This document shows positions 28,901 through 37,646 of a stretch of 64,000 bases of DNA, piece by piece (the first letter of the stretch is position 1; every line of letters begins with the position of its first letter). The position numbers and the translations under genes were made by a program. Origin of the DNA: Mobula hypostoma (Eukaryota); contig NC_086097.1 in the NCBI RefSeq assembly GCF_963921235.1, positions 52,640,001-52,704,000 of the forward strand, written 5' to 3'. Below the pieces are notes generated by a model. It made no database searches and was not told the DNA's origin. It saw only the letters and a list, made by a program, of their open reading frames with translations.

Positions 28901-30043
28901 TAACTAAAACTATTAAAACTTTAATCGTTAGTAACAGACATGGTGATCAGATTGTCAGAAAATCTTCGCTAAATTTTCTTTCTACACATACACTGCCTGA
29001 TCTTCTCTACAATAGTTCTAATCTATATTTCACAGCTTTTATGTCTCTTCATTGATTGTTTCTCTAAATGAACCTGTTATCCATCAACTAGATGGTTTTA
29101 CAAACAGCGTATCGCATTGATAATCCTGACCTCACCTTATCAGAAACACTCCTTTTGTTCAATCAAACTTTCTCCCACCCTCTCAGTGACTTAAAGCCAA
29201 TTTGTTTCTTACTTTTCTAGTTCAGACAAAGTGACTTCAACCTGAAACTTTAACTGTGCCGCCTTTTCACAAATGCTGCCTGGTCAGCTGAGAGTTCCAA
29301 CCATTTTCTGCTCTTGTTGCACTGTATGCCGGGCCATTCCGACATTCATATGCTGGACAGAGTGTTCCATTGTTGCTGGAGATCAGGAAGCCCAACTGAT
29401 TTTGGACTTTCTCATCAAAGCTCAAGTACAGGCCACTGAAATAATTCCTCCTCTAAGCAGGAGGTCTGGATTTCTGGATACTTTGTCATTGACACAACTT
29501 CTTGGATGTTTTTTTAAAATTTCAGAGGTATTCAAGAATCAACCACATTAGTGTGGTACTAGAGTTATTTATATGAGACATGTTGTAAGGTCAGCTAATT
29601 CCTTTTTTTTCCCCAAGGGATTTAGATAAGATTTTCTATTTTAGAAAATGGTATTTCAGATAAGAAATATCTGAAATATATTGTATTAATATATGTATTT
29701 TTGTCACAAGCTTTAAAACTCAGTTTTAGTTATTTCATTGAATTCAAATCTTCAGATGGCAGTAATGTGATTTGTATATTAATATGAGCCTCTGGCTTCT
29801 GCCTACTAATGTGTTTCAGTTCTCCTGTTCCCATGTAGTATTCATTAACTATGCTGACAAAAAAAAACTTATGTTTAATGTATTTCATTTCCCTAATTTA
29901 TCGCAGTAGCTGGGAAATGCATGTGCCACAAAAAGAAATTGCAGTAGGTTCATCAGACTTTTCAGGAGGGTATGCTGCTCGTTCCTTGGTTGAGTCTTCC
30001 TGAAAAAGCCATCCTCTCGAACTGGCATACAAACTGTTCAGTT

Positions 30044-30330
30044 CAACACACTCAAAATGCTGGAGGAATTCAGCAGGCCAGGCAGCATCTATGGAAAAGA
30101 ATACATAATCGACGTTTCGGGCTGAGACACTCATCAGGATGTAAGACCTATTGACAAAACAACTGAATGGTTTCACAAACACAAGAATGAATTGTCTCTT
30201 CCTGATGAAGGGTGTCGATGAAACGATCACTGTTCACTCTTTTCCATAGATGCTGCCTGGCCTGCTGAATTCCTCCAGCATTTTGTGTGTGTTGCTTTGG
30301 ATTTCCAGCATCTGCAGATTTTCTCCTGTT
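30044..30330. mobile_element. Older short inverted pair of PLE-type termini
   Basis: The - copy (30044-30140) has a CUGAUGA..GAAACGUC core at 30108-30140; the + copy spans 30200-30330. No TSD seen. Confidence 0.65.
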
Positions 30331-30530
30331 TATGACTCATATCCTATGAATGCATTAAAAAAAAACAAGATACAGTAGGTGAAGACAGCCGTTGGTAGGT
30401 GAATACTTATTGCCAACTTAAAATTTAATCGCAAACAACAGGAATTCTGCAGATGCTGGAAATTCAAGCAACATACATCAAAGTTGCTGGTGAACGCAGC
30501 AGGCCAGGCAGCATCTATAGGAAGAGGCGC

Positions 30531-30566
30531 AGTCGACGTTTCAGGCCGAGACCCTTCGTCAGGACT
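30531..30566 (-). ncRNA. Minimal hammerhead ribozyme (PLE left arm)
   Basis: Reverse complement of the 33788-33823 motif. Confidence 0.75.
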
Positions 30567-30860
30567 AACTGAAGGAAGAGTGAGTAAGGGATTTGAAAGC
30601 TGGAGGGGGAGGGGGAGATGCAAAATGATAGGAGAAGACAGGAGGGGGAGGGATGGAGCCGAGAGCTGGACAGGTGATAGGCAGAAGGGGATACGAGAGG
30701 ATCATGGGACAGGAGGTCCGGGAAGAAAGACGGGGGGGGGGGTGACCCAGAGGATGGGCAAGAGGTATATTCAGAGGGACAGAGGGAGAAAAAGGAGAGT
30801 GAGAGAAAGAATGTGTGCATAAAAAAGAGTAACAGATGGGGTACAAGGGGGAGGTGGGGC

Positions 30861-32591
30861 CTAGCGGAAGTTAGAGAAGTCAATGTTCATGCCATCAGGT
30901 TGGAGGCTACCCAGACGGAATATAAGGTGTTGTTCCTCCAACCTGAGTGTGGCTTCATCTTTACAGTAGAGGAGGCCGTGGATAGACATGTCAGAATGGG
31001 AATGGGATGTGGAATTAAAATGTGTGGCCACTGGGAGATCCTGCTTTCTCTGGCGGACAGAGCGTAGATGTTCAGCAAAGCGGTCTCCCAGTCTGCGTGG
31101 GGTCTCACCAATATATAAAAGGCCACATCGGGAGCACCGGACGCAGTATATCACCCCAGTCGACTCACAGGTGAAGTGATGCCTCACCTGGAAGGACTGT
31201 TTGGGGCCCTGAATGGTGGTAAGGGAGGAAGTGTAAGGGCATGTGTAGCACTTGTTCCGCTTACACGGATAAGTGCCAGGAGGGAGATCAGTGGGGAGGG
31301 ATGGGGGGGACGAATGGACAAGGGAGTTGTGTAGGGAGCGATCCCTGCGGAATGCAGAGAGAGGGGGGGAGGGAAAGATATGCTTAGTGGTGGGATCCCG
31401 TTGGAGGTGGCGGAAGTTACGGAGAATAATATGTTGCTCCCGGAGGCTGGTGGGGTGGTAGGTGAGGACCAGGGGAACCCTATTCCTAGTGGGGTGGTGG
31501 GAGGATGGAGTGAGAGCAGATGTACGTGAAATGGGGGAGATGCGTTTAAGAGCAGAGTTGATAGTGGAGGAAGGGAAGCCCCTTTCTTTAAAAAATGAAG
31601 ACATCTCCCTCGTCCTAGAATGAAAAGCCTCATCCTGAGAGCAGATGCGGCGGAGACGGAGGAATTGCGAGAAGGGGATGGCGTTTTTGCAAGAGACAGG
31701 GTGAGAAGAGGAATAGTCCAGATAGCTGTGAGAGTCAGTAGGCTTATAGTAGACATCAGTGGATAAGCTGTCTCCAGAGACAGAGACAGAAAGATCTAGA
31801 AAGGGGAGGGAGGTGTCGGAAATGGACCAGGTAAACTTGAGGGCAGGGTGAAAGTTGGAGGCAAAGTTAATAAAGTCAACGAGTTCTGCATGCGTGCAGG
31901 AAGCAGCGCCAATGCAGTCGTCGATGTAGCGAAGGAAAAGTGGGGGACAGATACCAGAATAGGCACGGAACATAGATTGTTCCACAAACCCAACAAAAAG
32001 GCAGGCATAGCTAGGACCCATACGGGTGCCCATAGCTACACCTTTAGTTTGGAGGAAATGGGAGGAGCAAAAGGAGAAATTATTTAGAGTAAGGACTAAT
32101 TCCGCTAGATGGAGCAGAGTGGTGGTAGAGGGGAACTGATTAGGTCTGGAATCCAAAAAGAAGCGTAGAGCTTTGAGACCTTCCTGATGGGGGATGGAAG
32201 TATATAAGGACTGGACATCCATGGTGAAAATAAAGCGGTGGGGGCCAGGGAACTTAAAATCATCGAAAAGTTTAAGAGCGTGAGAAGTGTCACGAACATA
32301 GGTCGGAAGGGATTGAACAAGGGGTGATAAAACAGTGTCGATGTATGCAGAAACGAGTTCGGTGGGGCAGGAGCAAGCTGAGACAATAGGTCGGCCAGGA
32401 CAGGCAGGTTTGTGGATCTTGGGTAGGAGGTAGAAACGGGAAGTGCGGGGTGTGGGAACTATAAGGTTGGTAGCAGTGGATGGGAGATCCCCTGAGCGGA
32501 TAAAGTCGTTGATAGTGTGGGAGACAATGGCCTGATGCTCCTTGGTGGGGTCACGATCGAGGGGTAAATAAGAGGAGGTATCCGCGAGTTG
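30861..32591 (-). CDS. PLE reverse transcriptase + Cys-rich linker + GIY-YIG endonuclease (open frame, N-terminus missing)
   Basis: RT motifs LPKIHK, FTMDVQSLYTSIP, QTKGVAMG and LRYIDD; linker CKRNKCYTC; endonuclease VIYCVRCSRCGLLYIGET..RFAEH. No stops from the inversion junction to the TAG. Confidence 0.9.
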   Translation of the reverse strand, partial: QLADTSSYLPLDRDPTKEHQAIVSHTINDFIRSGDLPSTATNLIVPTPRTSRFYLLPKIHKPACPGRPIVSACSCPTELVSAYIDTVLSPLVQSLPTYVRDTSHALKLFDDFKFPGPHRFIFTMDVQSLYTSIPHQEGLKALRFFLDSRPNQFPSTTTLLHLAELVLTLNNFSFCSSHFLQTKGVAMGTRMGPSYACLFVGFVEQSMFRAYSGICPPLFLRYIDDCIGAASCTHAELVDFINFASNFHPALKFTWSISDTSLPFLDLSVSVSGDSLSTDVYYKPTDSHSYLDYSSSHPVSCKNAIPFSQFLRLRRICSQDEAFHSRTREMSSFFKERGFPSSTINSALKRISPISRTSALTPSSHHPTRNRVPLVLTYHPTSLREQHIILRNFRHLQRDPTTKHIFPSPPLSAFRRDRSLHNSLVHSSPPSLPTDLPPGTYPCKRNKCYTCPYTSSLTTIQGPKQSFQVRHHFTCESTGVIYCVRCSRCGLLYIGETPRRLGDRFAEHLRSVRQRKQDLPVATHFNSTSHSHSDMSIHGLLYCKDEATLRLEEQHLIFRLGSLQPDGMNIDFSNFR

Positions 32592-33494
32592 TCCACTGAT
32601 GTCTACTATAAGCCTACTGACTCTCACAGCTATCTGGACTATTCCTCTTCTCACCCTGTCTCTTGCAAAAACGCCATCCCCTTCTCGCAATTCCTCCGTC
32701 TCCGCCGCATCTGCTCTCAGGATGAGGCTTTTCATTCTAGGACGAGGGAGATGTCTTCATTTTTTAAAGAAAGGGGCTTCCCTTCCTCCACTATCAACTC
32801 TGCTCTTAAACGCATCTCCCCCATTTCACGTACATCTGCTCTCACTCCATCCTCCCACCACCCCACTAGGAATAGGGTTCCCCTGGTCCTCACCTACCAC
32901 CCCACCAGCCTCCGGGTCCAACATATTATTCTCCGTAACTTCCGCCACCTCCAACGGGATCCCACCACTAAGCATATCTTTCCCTCCCCCCCTCTCTCTG
33001 CATTCCGCAGGGATCGCTCCCTACACAACTCCCTTGTCCATTTGTCCCCCCCATGCCTCCCCACTGATCTCCCTCCTGGCACTTATCCGTGTAAGCGGAA
33101 CAAGTGCTACACATGCCCTTACACTTCCTCCCTTACCACCATTCAGGGCCCCAAACAGTCCTTCCAGGTGAGGCATCACTTCACCTGTGAGTCGACTGGG
33201 GTGATATACTGCGTCCGGTGCTCCCGATGTGGCCTTTTATATATTGGTGAGACCCCACGCAGACTGGGAGACCGCTTTGCTGAACATCTACGCTCTGTCC
33301 GCCAGAGAAAGCAGGATCTCCCAGTGGCCACACATTTTAATTCCACATCCCATTCCCATTCTGACATGTCTATCCACGGCCTCCTCTACTGTAAAGATGA
33401 AGCCACAATCAGGTTGGAGGAACAACACCTTATATTCCGTCTGGGTAGCCTCCAACCTGATGGCATGAACATTGACTTCTCTAACTTCCGCTAG
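32592..33494 (+). pseudogene. Inverted duplicate of the PLE C-terminal RT/GIY-YIG region
   Basis: Same peptide as the - strand ORF C-terminus with a few substitutions (REQH/RVQH, HSSPPS/HLSPPC, TLRL/TIRL). Confidence 0.85.
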
Positions 33495-33787
33495 GCCCCA
33501 CCTCCCCCTCGTACCCCATCTGTTACTTATTTTTATGCACACATTCTTTCTCTCACTCTCCTTTTTCTCCCTCTGTCCCTCTGAATATACCTCTTGCCCA
33601 TCCTTTGGGTCACCCCCCCCTTGTCTTTCTTCCCGGACCTCCTGTCCCATGATCCTCTCGTATTCCCTTTTGCCTATCACCTGTCCAGCTCTCGGCTCCA
33701 TCCCTCCCCCTCCTGTCTTCTCCTATCATTTTGCATCTCCCCCTCCCCCTCCAGCTTTCAAATCCCTTACTCACTCTTCCTTCAGTT

Positions 33788-33823
33788 AGTCCTGACGAAG
33801 GGTCTCGGCCTGAAACGTCGACT
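33788..33823 (+). ncRNA. Minimal type I hammerhead ribozyme in the PLE terminus
   Basis: AGUC-CUGACGA-AGGGUCUCGGCCU-GAAAC-GUC-GACU: stem I AGUC/GACU, intact core, hairpin stem II, palindromic ACGU stem III. Predicted cleavage after 33819. Confidence 0.75.
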
Positions 33824-34039
33824 GCGCCTCTTCCTATAGATGCTGCCTGGCCTGCTGCGTTCACCAGCAACTTTGATGTATGTTGCTTAAAATTTAATCA
33901 TTTGGTCCCAAATACTGCAACAGTATCTGTTTTCTTCAGGAACCGGTTGTTACTCACACCAACCTCGTTTGCTGCAAGTTTCATCCTAGCAACGAAACAG
34001 AAATGGTGTTTCTCATTGAAATTCTGAAAACCTAGTGGG

Positions 34040-34585
34040 GACGCGGGACAGGCAGATGTCAGGCGGGGCAGCGACCACATAGAGGGGGATAAAGGTGGAT
34101 GTGGCCGGTAAAGGGGAATGGTGCTGGCGAGATGGACGAGCATTTAGTGCGTGGTGGGACTGGGGCAGTTGCTGGGCGATGAGAAGGGGTAGATGTCGGG
34201 AGCCGAATGGTGACCAAGTAGAGGGCAGTGGGCAGGTGATTACAGGGAGTGGGGTAAATGCCGGGAGGGGGCGGGGTAAATGCCTGGGGCGGGGCGGGGC
34301 GAGGCGAGTGTGGGAGTTAGCGGGACGGCTGTTTACTCATTAGGGTAGTTCTCCGGGACAGGGAGATCTGACGTCAGCGAGTTTTCCGCCCTGGGCTCGG
34401 GTATTCTGGAGTCACACGTGGTCCCGTTTGAAACGGTTCGCATCCAGAGCGCCCGAGCTCCCGGTTTATCCCGCAGTTACCTCAGGGAAGGTGCGTTAGA
34501 GACACCCAAGCCGCCTGGGCATCGGTGAGCGACTGTTCGGTCCTTCTCCTTCCCGAGTGGGTGAAGCAGGGATCGCGCCGCGGCC
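34040..34585 (+). promoter_or_regulatory. CpG-island/GC-box promoter and 5' UTR of the EP2-like gene
   Basis: Sharp rise in GC and CpG content. GGGGCGGGG boxes at about 34268-34300, TGTTTAC at 34330-34336, perfect CRE TGACGTCA at 34369-34376, E-box CACGTG at 34415-34420. Confidence 0.75.
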
Positions 34586-35368
34586 ATGATCAATGAATCT
34601 TGCGAGAACAGGACAGATATTACCCAAGATGCGGGGCCCTTCGTCAGCGCCGCGATGTTCGCTACTGGGGTGCTGGGCAACGTACTGGCGCTCGTCATCC
34701 TCGCAATGCACAAGCGAGACCTCAAGAGCAAAATGTCGCTCTTCCACATCCTCGTGAGCAGCCTAATTATTACCGACCTGGTGGGAACTCTGATCATCAG
34801 TCCGATGGTACTGACCGCCTACGCCCGGCGCCGCACACTGCTGACTCTGAGCTTATGCAGCTGTTGTGCCTTCGCCATGGCTTTCTTCGGGCTCTGTTCC
34901 ATGTTCATCCTGTTTGCTATGGCGGTAGAGCGCTGTCTCTCCCTCAGTTGTCCCTACTTCTACCGACGGCACGCCAGCAACCGCTGCGGGCTGATCACCA
35001 TTCCGGCTATCTATATTTTCTGCCTTATCTTCTGTTCCCTACCCCTGCTGAAGTTTGGCATCAACGCGCAGTATTGCCCGGGCACCTGGTGTTTCATCAA
35101 GATGGAAGTTTGGAATCTGGAGGTGAAGCACCGCGTCTATTCCCTGTCCTACGCGGTTCTGATGAAGGTGCTGATCATCTCCATTCTACTGTGTAACATC
35201 TCCGTAATAGTCAACCTCTGCCGAATGTACCAAAGGCAAAAGACCCGCCGGCACTCGAGTGCGCACCGAACAAGAAAGCATCGGCATTCCCAGTCCGAAG
35301 AAGTTGATCATCTCGTTCTTTTAGCCATAATGACAACAACGTTTGTTATTTGTTCTGTGCCTCTCACG
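34586..35368 (+). CDS. PTGER2: Prostaglandin E2 receptor EP2-like, coding exon 1 (N-terminus to TM6, 261 codons)
   Basis: Kozak gccATG at 34586. Motifs GVLGN (TM1), TDLVGTLIISP (TM2), MAVERCLSL (TM3), QYCPGTWCF (ECL2) and EEVDHLVLLAIMT (TM6). Donor ACG|gtgagt at 35368/35369, the conserved TM6 intron position of prostanoid receptors. Confidence 0.9.
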
Positions 35369-35774
35369 GTGAGTGTTAATATTGTCTAATACAGTGCAGA
35401 ACTTTTCCCAAAGGGGGATGTAAATATAAACATATTGTCACCCTGCCTACTTCCAGATTTTGTGCAGATGCAAGAATTCTAGATGCAAGAAAAATGGTGA
35501 GTAAAATTAGGAAAAAGAGGCCAGTCATTTGTAAGGGCTGTGAAGTTGTATGTGTGTATGTATATATGTAACATTTTTAATCTTCACTGATTCAACTTGA
35601 GAAAGAAAACTTCAGAATTGCTTATCCATAGAAATTAATTCATTTGAAATTGGAGGTTGGAAAGTTAATTTATAGGGATATGCCATCAATAAGGATCGTA
35701 ATGAGAGGTCAGGAGACATAAAGGGCTAATGTGAATTTAGTATCATCATATATCATCTACTAATAAATTGGATT

Positions 35775-35906
35775 TTCAAATCCCTTACTCACTCTTCCTT
35801 CAGTTAGTCCTGACGAAGGGTCTCGGCCTGAAACGTCGACTGCGCCTCTTCCTATAGATGCTGCTTGGCCTGCTGCATTCACCAGCAACTTTGATGTATG
35901 TTGCTT
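35775..35906 (+). mobile_element. Short PLE terminus inserted in the EP2 intron
   Basis: Near-identical to 33757-33888. 14-bp TSD taataaattggatt at 35761-35774 and 35907-35920. Confidence 0.88.
35806..35841 (+). ncRNA. Minimal hammerhead ribozyme, sense strand of the EP2 intron
   Basis: Identical to 33788-33823. Confidence 0.75.
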
Positions 35907-36470
35907 TAATAAATTGGATTGCTCATTTTTGCATTGTTTCAGATTAGTTAAAACTTAAACTACTTGGTGATTTAACCAACTGAGAAATGTAAATATAAGC
36001 ATATTTCCAATAATCACAAAGTATGAGTCATCATCATGGCTTTGCCAATGATGGCCAGTCCTGATTCAGGACTTCAGTCTGAAACACTGACAATCCCTAT
36101 CATCTCCACCTGCTTGACCTGCTGAGTTCCTCCAGAACTTTGTTTTTTTCTACTGGATTACAGCATCTACAGTCTCTTGTATCTCCATGACCAGATCTAA
36201 TGTATGAATATATAAATGTATATATTTTTATTGTTATGCAATTATCTACACAAATTATAGTAACTTGTATTGCATTTTATAAAATGGTATTTAAAGGCTA
36301 TCTAAAAGTTTCCTAATGATTAAAGTACTTTTTGAGCAAAAATGCACCTTAATGGTCTTATATTTGATTGCTTAAATCAGATTCAAAATGTGAGACATCA
36401 TAATAGAACTGTAATATTTAGACTTTTCTTTGAAACTGATACAAATATTTGACCTTATATTTTTCCTTAG

Positions 36471-36695
36471 ATTCGTGCATACATTGGAGCATTTCACAAT
36501 GTCGAAAACGATGGAAATGATCTTGTGGCTCTCCGTTGCCTGTCTTTTAATTCAATTATTGATCCATGGGTTTTTATTATTCTCAATACAACTGTGTTTA
36601 GAAAGATATTGTCCAGGATATTATGCTGTAAAATTACTTCTAAAAGAAAACAATTACATTGCAACACTGATAAAAGTATTGAAATACTCACATGA
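36471..36695 (+). CDS. PTGER2: Prostaglandin E2 receptor EP2-like, coding exon 2 (74 aa + stop; full protein 335 aa)
   Basis: Acceptor ttttccttag ends at 36470, phase 0, matching exon 1. Reads [74 protein letters not shown] (TGA 36693-36695). NSIIDPWVF and LCC resemble EP2. Confidence 0.88.
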   Translation: MRAYIGAFHNVENDGNDLVALRCLSFNSIIDPWVFIILNTTVFRKILSRILCCKITSKRKQLHCNTDKSIEILT

Positions 36696-37177
36696 AGTCA
36701 CTTTGGGACAGGCATTCCTGATACTTGAATTTACTGAAAGTTTTTTCCAAAACTTATTTACAACCAAACCATCATTTTGAGAGAAAGATGCACTTGATAT
36801 CATGTGGGATTTGGCACATGAATTTGCTTTTTTGTATTTTCATCGAGTAAGAAGAAAGTTACCAATAAATCAACAGATAAGGGACATGCACAGAGGTTTT
36901 TGACCTGTTGAGAGTCTGGCTGACATAAGCTATGAAGCATCATTATTTTTCTCTCTGTGATTCTTCAAATATTTGAGAAAATATTGTAATTTTGTAATTT
37001 TATTTTAAACCATGTACTCACTTTCAAGCTTTATTTTATAAATTTAATTTTTGCATTCCTCTGTTTAAAGGATAGCTTATATAGGTTGAATTAGCTTTCA
37101 AATTATTAAAACAAAATATAGTGAATGGGTCTATTTATATAAAGCCAATACTGGTTTTATAATCTATTTAAATTACA

Positions 37178-37646
37178 CAAACAACAGGAATTCTGCAGAT
37201 GCTGGAAATTCAAGCAACACACATAAAAGTTGCTGGTGAATGCAGCAGGCCAGGCAGCATCTCTAGGAAGAGGTGCAGTCGACGTTTCAGGCCGAGACCC
37301 TTCGTCAGGACTAACAGAAGGAAGAGTGAGTAAGAGATTTGAAAGTTGGAGGGGGAAGGGGAGATCCAAAATGGTAGGAGAAGACAGGAGGGGGAGGGAT
37401 GGAACCCTTGGTTTACAGCATCTACAGTCTCTTGTATCTCCATGACCAGATCTAATGTATGAATATATAAATGTATATATTTTTATTGTTATGCAATTAT
37501 CTACACAAATTATAGTAACTTGTATTGCATTTTATAAAATGGTATTTAAAGGCTATCTAAAAGTTTCCTAATGAGGGATGGAACCCATCTTCCTAGAGAT
37601 GCTGCCTGGCCTGCCTGCGTTCACCAGCAACTTTTATGTGTGTTAC
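37178..37646. mobile_element. Short inverted PLE insertion enclosing a 162-bp copy of EP2 intron DNA
   Basis: The - terminus spans 37178-37407, the captured segment 37413-37574 and the + terminus 37588-37646. 10-bp TSD ttaaattaca at 37168-37177 and 37647-37656. Confidence 0.88.
37277..37312 (-). ncRNA. Minimal hammerhead ribozyme downstream of the EP2 stop codon (antisense)
   Basis: Reverse complement of the same motif, core intact. Confidence 0.72.

Larger units (their letters stand above)
30431..33885. mobile_element. Neptune-type Penelope-like retroelement, 5'-truncated, inserted as an inverted repeat
   Basis: Arms 30466-31763 and 32592-33888 (about 1.3 kb each) are near-identical inverted copies around an 828-bp spacer. 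A 35-nt tail is present on the left arm only. 14-bp TSD cttaaaatttaatc at 30417-30430 and 33886-33899. Confidence 0.92.

Noticed and set aside
32592..32735. N-terminal ~48 aa of the 624-aa - strand ORF as a genuine PLE start
   Set aside because: It is the antisense reading of the inverted arm beyond the junction; the element is 5'-truncated.
35369..35389. ORF-track C-terminus VSVNIV* suggesting a 6-TM receptor
   Set aside because: Read-through into the intron; a canonical donor and an in-phase exon 2 exist.
36430..36780. 116-aa ORF over exon 2
   Set aside because: Wrong frame; the receptor frame starts at 36471.
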